Source: a virus (taxonomy: Duplodnaviria > Caudoviricetes). From it: a stretch of 39,700 bases of DNA. Positions 9,414 to 18,914 of this stretch are shown one piece after another; positions within the stretch are counted from its first letter, which is position 1; each line of letters opens with the position of its first letter. Both the position numbers and the translations under genes were made by a program. Location: IMG/VR virus record IMGVR_UViG_3300020045_004042, positions 1 to 39,700 of that record; one strand, 5' to 3'. The notes under the pieces were generated by a model, which was not told the DNA's origin, made no database searches, and saw nothing but the letters and a program-made list of their open reading frames with translations.

Positions 9414-10252
9414 TATCTACTCAATGCTGCGCTACCTAAAGACCCTATCAAGCCCGCTCCAGCCGATAGGTTATTGTTGTAGTTTGCCTGTTGTTGGTTG
9501 TATTGATTTTGCTGGGCTTGCCCCTGCGCCTGAACTGCTCCTGCAATAGGCGCTGCCCCTACATTTGCACCAGGTTGATAACCTAAATTGCCGCTAAACG
9601 GACTCGATACTTGCGAGCCTGACAGCAAGGCGTTAATTTCATTAAGCGGAACTTGACGCTGTTGTAGCATTTCAAATATCGCTTGATTTCTCGCTTGCTG
9701 GTTAATAGCAAAATCTGTTTGCGCTGCCTGCGTCCCGCCAATAATGGCTTGCTGCCGTGCGTCGGTTTGTTTCCTGTCTATTAACCCCATTGCGCTATCG
9801 TAAGCGGTGGTTCCCGGCCTTATCCCTGCCGCGATAAGCTCAGATTGCTTTGCTCTTTTTTCGCCTTCTATATCGGTATTTACCCGCGACATCATGGCGT
9901 CTATTACATCCTGACGCGCTTGCCCGGCGTCTTTTGACTGTGGCCCCAACGTTGTGAAGTCTACCGGATTTGAGAGTGACCCTTGAACATTCTGCGCGGC
10001 ATTGGCCCCCGTCTCCGATAGGATTTCCTTCCCCCGGTTCTGCGCTTCAAATATCCTTTGCTGTTCAGGAGCAAGCGTTTGGGTTATCGTCGGTGTTTGG
10101 CCTTGCCAAGTGACCTTTTGAGTACCATATGGGTTATATATATTTGGATTATTAATTTTTCCCGTAGCAATGGCGGCTTGTAAATTGGATTCGCCCTGTG
10201 CTTTAGCGGCTCCTACATAATCCGGCGCTTTGGGTGCACTACTACCGCCCAT
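9413..10252 (-). CDS. Internal virion / DNA transfer protein
   Basis: MGGSSAPKAPDY start, Q/A-rich, glycine-rich hydrophobic C-terminus. Confidence 0.65.
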   Translation of the reverse strand: MGGSSAPKAPDYVGAAKAQGESNLQAAIATGKINNPNIYNPYGTQKVTWQGQTPTITQTLAPEQQRIFEAQNRGKEILSETGANAAQNVQGSLSNPVDFTTLGPQSKDAGQARQDVIDAMMSRVNTDIEGEKRAKQSELIAAGIRPGTTAYDSAMGLIDRKQTDARQQAIIGGTQAAQTDFAINQQARNQAIFEMLQQRQVPLNEINALLSGSQVSSPFSGNLGYQPGANVGAAPIAGAVQAQGQAQQNQYNQQQANYNNNLSAGAGLIGSLGSAALSR

Positions 10253-10715
10253 GGTAACTCCTTATTTTGTAATTCAATAATTTTGCGTTTTGCTTTGATA
10301 GCACCCATATGTTCATGTCGCTATCGGGTGCGGCGTCATGAATGACATGACTTAGGCAAAACCCTGCGTGCCGTGCGATACGATCGGGTTTTGAACCGGA
10401 TTGTGTTAAACAAATAATCATTTCCACGCCGCAAACGTTAAACGGATAATAAAATGCAAACCATAAAAACTCCCGTGTTACACACGCACCATTTGTTTTT
10501 GCAATGTGCATATGAATAGATTTGCCATTAAACCAGCCGTATCCGACCGCTGCTATTAATTCCCCGTCTTTTTCAAGACCGATACATATTTCTTCACAAT
10601 AAGAAGAAGCACCAGACTCTTTCATCCATTGCCTACAGCGGGCATAGTCCTTATCGACAATTCGATAGGTCATAGTAAACCGCCCGTTTCCAGGACATAA
10701 TCCGAAGAAATCCAT
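10242..10715 (-). CDS. GNAT-fold virion assembly protein (probable start ATG 10673, MTYRIV)
   Basis: IGLEKDGELIAAVGY...FYYPF...AGF pattern; directly after the tail stabilisation gene. Confidence 0.6.
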   Translation of the reverse strand: MDFFGLCPGNGRFTMTYRIVDKDYARCRQWMKESGASSYCEEICIGLEKDGELIAAVGYGWFNGKSIHMHIAKTNGACVTREFLWFAFYYPFNVCGVEMIICLTQSGSKPDRIARHAGFCLSHVIHDAAPDSDMNIWVLSKQNAKLLNYKIRSYHGR

Positions 10716-12244
10716 TGGACACTGATATTATTGCTGCTGATTTTTACCTTCATAGCCGCACAAAATCCGGGCCATTCATTGACGGATTGCCATTTTTGAA
10801 TAACGTTATTCAGTGATCCTGAACCCCACGTGCTCACACCCCATAACCCCACACCCCACAATGAACCGGAAGTTACCGAAGAACCGCTTGTCCCAACAAT
10901 TTCATTTTCTGCAAAATCTACGTCAATGTCAGACAGAAAATTAAGTGATCCATTGCACCTAAAAACTGGTCTGAACATTTTGAAGTGCTTTAAAACGTCC
11001 TTTCTGCCGAAATAATTAAACGCAGACTTCCCATAAGCAATGATATTAGCCCCATCATCTGAATTACCCGACCATGCCTTGATAACCTTTGTGGATTTGC
11101 AATAATAAAGCTCATTATTGAATACCTCCATATCCTCAGCGTCCCACCCGGTGAATTTGCACCATGCCTGCGTTATCGTGTTCATGGCATATTGATAATG
11201 GGTGCCGTCTTCCGCAATAGGTATATTTACTAATACCGCCGATTGAGCCGGATAAACCACCGCTTTCCAGCCAAAATTGCTTCCGTAACTTCTGGCCGAC
11301 GCGTTAAACTCATTTTCTATTTTCCTGGATACAGCGCTTGAATAATTTGAGCTTGTCGCCTGGACTATGCTATTAATAGAAAACGCGCCGTTTTGTGTCA
11401 GAATAACCAAGTCGGCACCTTGTTTTGCAATACACCGTCTCCCCAAAGGATTGCCTGTTTCATAGACGCCTACTAATCCCCATGTAGTAGACGAAGAGGG
11501 ATCAGTCCCTTGGTAAACGATAACCTCCCCTTTAGAAGTCACGAAAACCATTCTGTCATCCGGCCCGGATCCACTGTCAAGCGTCCATGATTCCATAGAC
11601 ACCAGATAGCCGCCTTTCTGTGCTACGCCGGATAGGTCAAATTTTGTCAGTGCCCCGCCTGCTGCGCCGGACGCCAAATACCAAAACGCCATTTGGTTGT
11701 TGGCAATGAACATTAAGCGGCCTTTGAAAATAGCCACATTGACAAGGTTTGTCGTCGTAATGCCGGTTAATGCCGGGGAAGACGCACCATCTACCGCCGT
11801 CCAGGTTGTTCCGTCATAATAGAGCGGTTTATCGACTCCATTCACCGCAATCAGCCATTGGTTAGTTCCATCGCCGAACATTTTCCATTGGTGTTTTCCG
11901 TTAGTTCTTGCCGCCACCGACGCGCCAACCGCCCCCGCTGAACTAACGTCATAAACGCCATTTTCGGTACTGCAAAACATTTTGCTGTTGCCGGATAGGT
12001 TGTTATAAACAAAAATGGTCTTGGCCGTCCCAGTCATGCCCGTAGCATGGGTAGCACTTCCACCGCGAATTTCACAGTAGCCGGGATTCGGGAACCAATT
12101 TTCCAAAATAACCGCGTCATTGGCTGGCATTTCCGCTAATGGATCGATCGCATTCCAGCCACCAATCGGCGCAGGATATGTCCTATGGTTAACTATCCGC
12201 TGTCTTTTTGGCGACTTAACGACTAATGGAACTCTCATATCCAA
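10670..12244 (-). CDS. Tail tubular protein B / packaged-DNA stabilisation protein
   Basis: 524 aa, beta-propeller-like W/Y/G-rich sequence; PAPIGGWNA start motif; podovirus gene order. Confidence 0.75.
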   Translation of the reverse strand: MDMRVPLVVKSPKRQRIVNHRTYPAPIGGWNAIDPLAEMPANDAVILENWFPNPGYCEIRGGSATHATGMTGTAKTIFVYNNLSGNSKMFCSTENGVYDVSSAGAVGASVAARTNGKHQWKMFGDGTNQWLIAVNGVDKPLYYDGTTWTAVDGASSPALTGITTTNLVNVAIFKGRLMFIANNQMAFWYLASGAAGGALTKFDLSGVAQKGGYLVSMESWTLDSGSGPDDRMVFVTSKGEVIVYQGTDPSSSTTWGLVGVYETGNPLGRRCIAKQGADLVILTQNGAFSINSIVQATSSNYSSAVSRKIENEFNASARSYGSNFGWKAVVYPAQSAVLVNIPIAEDGTHYQYAMNTITQAWCKFTGWDAEDMEVFNNELYYCKSTKVIKAWSGNSDDGANIIAYGKSAFNYFGRKDVLKHFKMFRPVFRCNGSLNFLSDIDVDFAENEIVGTSGSSVTSGSLWGVGLWGVSTWGSGSLNNVIQKWQSVNEWPGFCAAMKVKISSNNISVQWISSDYVLETGGLL

Positions 12245-12939
12245 GAGCCATTCGATATGAATATTCCAGGAGAACTAGGGCCGAAAGAATTGTCTGAACT
12301 TAAGACCTTTTGTCCGCCGTCCCTGCCAATAGCTTCCTTAATTTGGTGCTCATACGTATTAAACAATTCGCCATATGCCAGTCCTTTTTCTGCTGACCAA
12401 CGCCAACGCAGGCCTACCAGCAACAGTAACTCAGGGATACGGAAAGTGTCGGTATCCGCAGTAAAGGCATTTTTCGTTGTCGTGCCGTTTACGTCCAATA
12501 TCCAATTATTGGATTGATATTCAAAAGCAAGCGTATGACCGGCAGTCGGAACGGGACTGACCAGCAAATTCCCACCTCTTAGCCTAAATTGCAAGCTGAC
12601 GCCGGTTGAAGGGGAAGATTTTATGACTTGCCAATCTATGGAGTTTAACGGGCCTATTGCGGGAAGTTGCTCAGTTCTGTCCCATAACGTACTATTCTTG
12701 ATATAGTCATAACCCGGCGCAATCGTAGTTATTGCGCCTTGGTTTTCGTTCGCTATAGTCGTATGGGTGGCCTCCGTTGTAAGGCCTGCCCAGCCATGCC
12801 GACTGACAATATCCTCACCCGTTTCTTCAAGCAGGTGCATAACCTGCAAAATCCTGTCGTCAGTAGACCCATGCACCGCCGAAGGCGCAGGAATGCCTAC
12901 CCTATAACAAAATTTAGTGACTAACGCTAATAGATTCAT
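12235..12939 (-). CDS. Head-tail adaptor / tail tubular protein A
   Basis: 234 aa immediately upstream of the tube B gene. Confidence 0.65.
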   Translation of the reverse strand: MNLLALVTKFCYRVGIPAPSAVHGSTDDRILQVMHLLEETGEDIVSRHGWAGLTTEATHTTIANENQGAITTIAPGYDYIKNSTLWDRTEQLPAIGPLNSIDWQVIKSSPSTGVSLQFRLRGGNLLVSPVPTAGHTLAFEYQSNNWILDVNGTTTKNAFTADTDTFRIPELLLLVGLRWRWSAEKGLAYGELFNTYEHQIKEAIGRDGGQKVLSSDNSFGPSSPGIFISNGSWI

Positions 12940-13558
12940 CGTCTAAAAAATCAATGCCTGTCTCAAGAGGGGCTTTCATTTCAAGCATTTCCTCTACTCC
13001 TTGAAGCCTTGAAGTAAGGGTTTGTATGGTTTTTTTCAGACTTTCGTTTTCTTTTTTCAATGCCACCATTTCAAGGGTAGGCCGACCCCGTTTCGAAGCG
13101 GTTTGTAACCAGGCCGCCGCTTTTGTTTTCATATCTAATCCGCCCATTCCAAGTCGGCGAATCCCTTCGTCATTAATGACTGACAATTGCTCGACGGTCA
13201 AAATATGGAGCTTTATTGCGCTTTCTTGCTGCGCAGGTGAAAGGATAGCCCATCCTCGAATAGGGGTTCCCTCTAATGGCATTTCTTGGCCCTTTAGCCA
13301 GTATTCATAAGCCTTTTTATAGTCCTGAACCCATGATTCCGGTATTCTGTTGTTTCTTACGTCCTGATCCAGTTTCACGAACCAGTTTTTAACTTTATTT
13401 GGGATAACGTCCTTCGTGAATGGCGGGGTTATGTACACCATGTCCACGTCTGTTGCAACATACCGGCCTTCTTGTTGGCTTGCCACTGTGTTTTCAACAG
13501 CAACCCGCGCAAAGCGCACATAGGGGCGCTTGTAATCTTGTTCTGACAATATTTCCAT
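12914..13558 (-). CDS. Conserved phage hypothetical protein (C-terminal coiled coil)
   Basis: 214 aa; GTPIRGW...ILTVEQLS. Confidence 0.7.
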   Translation of the reverse strand: MEILSEQDYKRPYVRFARVAVENTVASQQEGRYVATDVDMVYITPPFTKDVIPNKVKNWFVKLDQDVRNNRIPESWVQDYKKAYEYWLKGQEMPLEGTPIRGWAILSPAQQESAIKLHILTVEQLSVINDEGIRRLGMGGLDMKTKAAAWLQTASKRGRPTLEMVALKKENESLKKTIQTLTSRLQGVEEMLEMKAPLETGIDFLDDESISVSH

Positions 13559-13571
13559 ATTACCGCCTTAT

Positions 13572-13598
13572 AAAAAAAGCCCCGCCGAAACGGGGCTT
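13572..13598 (-). terminator. Rho-independent terminator after the capsid genes
   Basis: AAGCCCCG-6-CGGGGCTT hairpin with a U7 run on the minus strand. Confidence 0.85.
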
Positions 13599-13605
13599 GT
13601 TAGGT

Positions 13606-14313
13606 TTAAGTGACTTGCCCTTGTGCGAATGGGAAATTGATAATTCCTGATCCGTACCCGGTATAAGTTCCGGTTAGCGTAATACTGCCGGTTGCTGTTG
13701 CCAGTTTATCAACAGTGCCGATAGCGGATCCCATACCAATCGTGCGACCATCTGCCGACAGAGTCGCAACAACAGTAGAAGCCGGAACACCCGTACCCGA
13801 GAGCGCCATTCCAAGGAAGAAGCCGTCATAGCCGGAAGTCGTTACAAAAGCGCTGCCATTAACTGTATTCGCTGTGACGGTTTTGGTTCCCGTTGCCGAC
13901 GTTACGTTACGACAGTTCAACAATTGCTTGCCGTTTGCAACCAATCCGCAAGTGCCCGCGCCGGTGATACCAATAACGGTATCCGCCGCAACGGTTGTGG
14001 TCGTTTTGTATACGCAACGGCCCGTCAACTGCGCCCAGAAATACGTCCCGGAAGCCGCAGGAGCCATTGCCACACCAAACGGAAAGCCTTGGCCCGCTGT
14101 GTTGGGTAACAGAACGGACGAAAACGTTTCATTGTAAACGACCAATGAGCCTTTCAATACGGCGTCATTAGATTTTAAATAGACGAAATCAGCGCCGCCC
14201 CAGTAAGGATCAATGGCTTTAACTACCAATCCTAAAGGGTGCCGCTGGGTTGTGTCGGGAAGAAACCAATCATTAAATGGCTGGGCTCCCGCATAGTTTA
14301 AAGGTGCAAACAT
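13606..14313 (-). CDS. Capsid decoration / minor capsid protein
   Basis: 235 aa, G/T-rich, directly after the major capsid gene and before the terminator. Confidence 0.65.
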   Translation of the reverse strand: MFAPLNYAGAQPFNDWFLPDTTQRHPLGLVVKAIDPYWGGADFVYLKSNDAVLKGSLVVYNETFSSVLLPNTAGQGFPFGVAMAPAASGTYFWAQLTGRCVYKTTTTVAADTVIGITGAGTCGLVANGKQLLNCRNVTSATGTKTVTANTVNGSAFVTTSGYDGFFLGMALSGTGVPASTVVATLSADGRTIGMGSAIGTVDKLATATGSITLTGTYTGYGSGIINFPFAQGQVT

Positions 14314-14333
14314 TTTTTTTACCTCAAGTTAAA

Positions 14334-15296
14334 TTACGGGATAATTACGCCTTGTTGTGCTCTGTTAGAACACACCAAATTGCCCATCCACAACAACGGA
14401 ATAACGCTACCGTCTTGATTAACGGGACGCTGTTCTGGCACTTCGGTCAAATCAGCATCTTTATGCACGACCAACTTCAAATACTCAGTATTGATCATGT
14501 AAGTGTGATTGGCTGGAATACCGCTATTGCCGTCATACATAACGTCAGCAGTCTTGTATTTGATTGATACCAGGCCGGCATTGACGCTATCAGAGCTTGC
14601 ATAACGTTTCAGCGAGGTTTGTGAGGCTTCAAAAAACTTATAGTGGTTATTGTCCATTACAATCAAATCCGGGCAATCATCCGCGCCGCGATCTAATTGC
14701 AACCACAAAGGAAGCATCGCGTCATTTTCAATGGTGGTTGCAGACAGCGTTACAGAGTTGACAGACAAATCGAATACCTTGTTTTGCCAAAATGACCAGG
14801 TTGTTGAGTCGATACCGCCCACAGTTCCGGTGTTATCGTCTGCAATAATGGCCTGCAAACCGTTAATCTGGTTGCTCAACGTGCCGTCTGAATACAAATC
14901 ACTGGAAAAATTGTTGTTAAACGTGCGGATTGCATTTTTCATTCTGGACTTTGCCAGATTGATAATGCGAGAATCACCGGAGTTTATCCGAAGTTCTCTT
15001 CCAGACGCTACGATATTGATAGCGATTTGACGCCATTGATATTCAGCTGAACTGATTACGTCCGAAGCGGAAATATTCAGCGTATCCCAGTCTGAATAAC
15101 GTTGATAGGTTCCATTTTGTGCATAATCTAACGGAGTGGCGATCGTTAAGCCGCCGTCTTCGAGCGAGTAGTTCCCTTTCTTCATAATGCGTTTTAATAA
15201 TGCATTACGATTAGAAACGTTGTCTTTGATTTCTTTTCTGTGCTTACGGAAGGTTGTTGATACCAGCTCCGTAAACGTACTATTTGGGCTTGCCAT
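14334..15296 (-). CDS. Major capsid protein
   Basis: 320 aa; LYSDGT...QINGLQAII...GGIDSTTWSFW; follows the scaffold; GAGG RBS. Confidence 0.9.
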   Translation of the reverse strand: MASPNSTFTELVSTTFRKHRKEIKDNVSNRNALLKRIMKKGNYSLEDGGLTIATPLDYAQNGTYQRYSDWDTLNISASDVISSAEYQWRQIAINIVASGRELRINSGDSRIINLAKSRMKNAIRTFNNNFSSDLYSDGTLSNQINGLQAIIADDNTGTVGGIDSTTWSFWQNKVFDLSVNSVTLSATTIENDAMLPLWLQLDRGADDCPDLIVMDNNHYKFFEASQTSLKRYASSDSVNAGLVSIKYKTADVMYDGNSGIPANHTYMINTEYLKLVVHKDADLTEVPEQRPVNQDGSVIPLLWMGNLVCSNRAQQGVIIP

Positions 15297-15402
15297 AGTC
15301 TGTTTACCTCAGTGTTGAATAAATAAATGCCTGTCGGCGTTTAATCATCCCGCGCTTTTGGTTGCCCTGTCAGGGGCCGGAGCTGGTTAGATTGTTATAT
15401 CT

Positions 15403-15425
15403 ATTGTAAACTGTCAGTTTACAAT
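15403..15425. promoter_or_regulatory. Perfect palindromic operator-like site upstream of the capsid gene
   Basis: ATTGTAAACTG-T-CAGTTTACAAT, 11-bp arms. Confidence 0.55.
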
Positions 15426-15459
15426 CGATACCTTTATAGACTTATTGTATACCATATTA

Positions 15460-16374
15460 TTAACTTGTCCGCATTTTGTTTATGACGCCCTGCATAGTTT
15501 CATCCCACGATCCAAGCGGCGAAACACTTTCTTTGTCTGTTCTGGCACGGTTAATATTAACAGACGAGGCTTTTTTTGCGGCTTCAGCTTCCTTTTTCTT
15601 GGCTTCGGATTGCGCTTGTGTTTGCGCCGCCATTTCTTTTGCGCGCGTAACAGGATTTGCCCATACAGCCCGTTCATAGGCCGATTGTAAATCGATACCC
15701 GCTTTCAGCATAATGGCAATATCTTCGCCTAATTCGTCAAAATATTTGTTTTTTGGATCACTTGCAAATTCTTCAACTTGGCGCTTTACATTGTTGAATT
15801 CACGTTCATTTATTTCTTGCTGGCGGCGCTTTTCTTGGTTTTCTATCCTGTTCAGACGCTCTTGAAGCTGCGTATATTGCGGATCAACTTCTTTGTCTTG
15901 CGGGATCAGTCCTGTTTGATAACCAATATGGAGGAATGCCTGTTGCCGCTCTTCCAGCGTACCTTTTGTAATGGCTCTATGGTGTGATAATAGATTGTAA
16001 ACGACCTCGCTATCAGGTATGCCAAACTCCTTTATATCGTCTCTGTATTGCTCAATAACGCCATTTAGTTCATTAGCATAACGAAAGCCGTCTTTATATT
16101 GCTCGATTCCGTCCAGCATTTGTTTTTCACGCAATTCAATGTAATTTTGCGCTTCGGGCGGCAACTTGGCCCAAACTTCATGCTGTTCTTTGGCCCATGA
16201 CGAAGGGGCTTGCTTTGTTTCCGGGATTACTTCTTCTTGTTCTTCTTTAACGGGTTCTTCGATAATTTCCTCAACGGGCTCCTCAATTGGTTCATTTACT
16301 TCTTCTGCTTCATTAAATCCCATGCTTTCCGCTATATCGGCAACGCCAGCGTCAATATCAAATTCGTCACTCAT
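15460..16374 (-). CDS. Scaffolding protein
   Basis: Acidic N-terminus, APSSW motif, coiled coil, DLQSAYERAVWANP; upstream of the capsid gene. Confidence 0.8.
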   Translation of the reverse strand: MSDEFDIDAGVADIAESMGFNEAEEVNEPIEEPVEEIIEEPVKEEQEEVIPETKQAPSSWAKEQHEVWAKLPPEAQNYIELREKQMLDGIEQYKDGFRYANELNGVIEQYRDDIKEFGIPDSEVVYNLLSHHRAITKGTLEERQQAFLHIGYQTGLIPQDKEVDPQYTQLQERLNRIENQEKRRQQEINEREFNNVKRQVEEFASDPKNKYFDELGEDIAIMLKAGIDLQSAYERAVWANPVTRAKEMAAQTQAQSEAKKKEAEAAKKASSVNINRARTDKESVSPLGSWDETMQGVINKMRTS

Positions 16375-16505
16375 TTTTTATCCTCATTTTGTTGGCTATT
16401 TTTAAGATCGGCGGCCTTTACACCGAAATAATCCTCGAATAAATTTTCCTCAAATCTTTTTATGGCCTCTCTTATTTTTGCCTTTATCTGTTCTAATTCT
16501 GTCAT
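16371..16505 (-). CDS. Small hypothetical protein (44 aa)
   Basis: MTELEQIKAKIREAIKRF...; ATGA overlaps at both ends. Confidence 0.55.
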   Translation of the reverse strand: MTELEQIKAKIREAIKRFEENLFEDYFGVKAADLKNSQQNEDKK

Positions 16506-16939
16506 ATACTACCCCGCGTAAATTCAACTTTATTTCCGCTTTCCAGTTCTTTGGATAGCAGTTCTTTTTTTGCTAACGGCATAGTCTCCAATTCTCTTTC
16601 TACCGTTTCCTCAACCATTTTGTCCAGCGCAATATCGGCCTCTATCACGCGCCGGTCAGCGTCTTGAACCATGCCCGGATCGTATTCAATACAGCCAGAC
16701 CGGGCTAAATCGTCTGACCTTTCCTTCATATTCCGGATAACCCGACCGTCAATAGGCGATTCATAGCCATTAAAATCATATCTCATGTGTTGCGGGATAG
16801 TGATCGTTGGCGCCCTTAATATCACTTGATTGGCGATAGCGCCACAATTGCACATAATCTTATTGCTATGGTTTTTTATGGACGTATGGCGCTCTATGAT
16901 TTTTGCGCTTAGTTCGCATTTATACTGGTACGTTGGCAT
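16502..16939 (-). CDS. FmdB-like zinc-ribbon protein
   Basis: MPTYQYKC...CNCG; YESPIDGRVI. Confidence 0.7.
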   Translation of the reverse strand: MPTYQYKCELSAKIIERHTSIKNHSNKIMCNCGAIANQVILRAPTITIPQHMRYDFNGYESPIDGRVIRNMKERSDDLARSGCIEYDPGMVQDADRRVIEADIALDKMVEETVERELETMPLAKKELLSKELESGNKVEFTRGSI

Positions 16940-18914
16940 TTTCTTTCGACTCGCTATTTATTTTTGCAATAAATATCTTTGTTTCCGCGTCAATCCGTGC
17001 TTTCTGCAACTCTATTTCAGCGTTGGCGGCCAATTCCATTTGCTTCATTTGCATTTGAGCGTTGATTTTCTCTTGTTCAATTTGCATTTGCTGCGATAGC
17101 TTTACTTGCTCCATTTGCATTTGCTGCGCCATTCTTTCTTGCTCCATTTGCGCCTTACCCTGTTCCATTTGCTGTTGCTGCTGCATTTTTGCTTGCTCTA
17201 ACTGCATTTCAGCTTCAGGATTGCCGTCTTGTGGTGGTGGCTGTGGCGGTTGCATTTGCTGGATGTATTCTTCGATTTCGTCCCCAAACTGAAACCGGCG
17301 GACAATGGCCATCATAAGCGCCTTGGCCCCTTCAAATGGGAATGATCCGTCTTGAATCAGTGGCGTTATGCCTTGCAAATATTGACCCAGTGCCGTCATG
17401 ACCTCACTAATGTTTTTCTGATCTTCCGCCGCTTCGGGTGCTATGGTCGAATTTGTCTCAACGTCTATTTTGTACGATTTATTGAGATCGTTTTTCAGCA
17501 ATCCCAATATTTTGTCCCATGACGGAGCTTGTAATATCTGTTGAGATTGCGGGTGACTGGGCATTGATTGCGCTTGTGCGATTTGTTCAGTCGTTACATA
17601 TTGCAGGCCGGTCATATTGGCCCATGTTTGCTCGCTAAACTTAGTGGCGGCTACCTCAAGCATAATTCTAAGCATATCCCTAGCATACGTTTGGACTGCG
17701 CTTTGCATACGCTTTAACCGCATGGTTCCCCATTGCGATTTGATACCCTGCGCGGTTGCCGTTTCGTTGGCGTCGGTCGAGCCCCGGATAATATCGCTAA
17801 TGCCGGTCACTTCATAGATAACCTGTTTGCATTGTTCACGACTATTTAACAATTCTGTCAAAACCCGTGACATTTCAACGATAGGCATAAACCAGATCGC
17901 GTTCTGGAACCCTTTTTCCGCCGCTAATGCACTGGATTTGTCCGCCGGAATAAATTGATTATCGTCCCCACGCATGAGGTTTTCAATGTCACTACCTAGT
18001 TCGGCGTCATAGATCCCCTTCGCCTTTATGGAGTTCGACAGCCGTATAATACGCGTTGATAGCGTGTTCAGTTCCTTGGCTTGGTTTTCATACAGCAAAT
18101 AAGGCGCGATTACCGTTAAATCATGGGATTTTTCGATAAACTCAATCGGTTTAGGGATAGGATAAAACCCGGACAATTCCAACGGATCGTCGTCAACCTT
18201 CAGGAAATCGTCTTTGTTTTGCGGCGATAGGTAACGCACCTTCCGGTTATCTTTGTCCCATATCTGGTAAATGCAAGCTGTTTTAATCCCGCCCTGCTTT
18301 TCTTCGGCTTCTTTGGGCGCGTTTTCGTCTTCGGTATTGTCGTCATTTTTCAAAAACTTTAGCTTTTTCGCTATTTCTTCACCAAACAGCCGAACAGCTT
18401 CCTTTTTGTCGATATGCTCTTCGAACGCTATCCATGGCACTGTAGACCATTTTTTGCTATAGCCAACTAACATTCGGTCCCATACGATACTGTCAATACA
18501 GACCAATTCGGACTTTTTAACGTCGTCCTGAATGTCCGCGTCATATTTGATCCGGGTTATCCCACGGCCCGGCAATAGAGCGTCTAATGTCGCATTACGT
18601 AACCCTTCGTCAAATGTTTCATAGCCGTCAACGCCCGTGTCTAACAGGTATTCAAGCATTTTCTGAGCCGCTTTGGCCGCCTCATGGGTTAGCGGATCAA
18701 CAGCATGTTTGAATCGCGGCTTGACCGTTGGCCTTGGCACGGCGGAATAGAGCGCAGGCAGTAGCGTGTCAGTATTGGCGTACAAAATGTTAAACGGCAC
18801 CTCTTTGTCGCAGGTGTATATCTCGATAATCCGCTTGCCGTCTTCGCGAAATTCTTTATCCCGCTTGCGTGCGTCTTCAATTTCGCCTATCCAATACTCT
18901 ATATCATTGCTCAC
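16920..18914 (-). CDS. Portal protein
   Basis: 664 aa after terL; IYEVTGISDIIRG...ETATAQ motif and Q/M-rich C-terminal helix. Confidence 0.9.
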   Translation of the reverse strand: MSNDIEYWIGEIEDARKRDKEFREDGKRIIEIYTCDKEVPFNILYANTDTLLPALYSAVPRPTVKPRFKHAVDPLTHEAAKAAQKMLEYLLDTGVDGYETFDEGLRNATLDALLPGRGITRIKYDADIQDDVKKSELVCIDSIVWDRMLVGYSKKWSTVPWIAFEEHIDKKEAVRLFGEEIAKKLKFLKNDDNTEDENAPKEAEEKQGGIKTACIYQIWDKDNRKVRYLSPQNKDDFLKVDDDPLELSGFYPIPKPIEFIEKSHDLTVIAPYLLYENQAKELNTLSTRIIRLSNSIKAKGIYDAELGSDIENLMRGDDNQFIPADKSSALAAEKGFQNAIWFMPIVEMSRVLTELLNSREQCKQVIYEVTGISDIIRGSTDANETATAQGIKSQWGTMRLKRMQSAVQTYARDMLRIMLEVAATKFSEQTWANMTGLQYVTTEQIAQAQSMPSHPQSQQILQAPSWDKILGLLKNDLNKSYKIDVETNSTIAPEAAEDQKNISEVMTALGQYLQGITPLIQDGSFPFEGAKALMMAIVRRFQFGDEIEEYIQQMQPPQPPPQDGNPEAEMQLEQAKMQQQQQMEQGKAQMEQERMAQQMQMEQVKLSQQMQIEQEKINAQMQMKQMELAANAEIELQKARIDAETKIFIAKINSESKENANVPV

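Noticed and set aside
16960-17270. Q/M-rich repeats in the portal C-terminus
   Set aside because: Low-complexity helical tail typical of P22-like portals; not a DNA-level repeat system.
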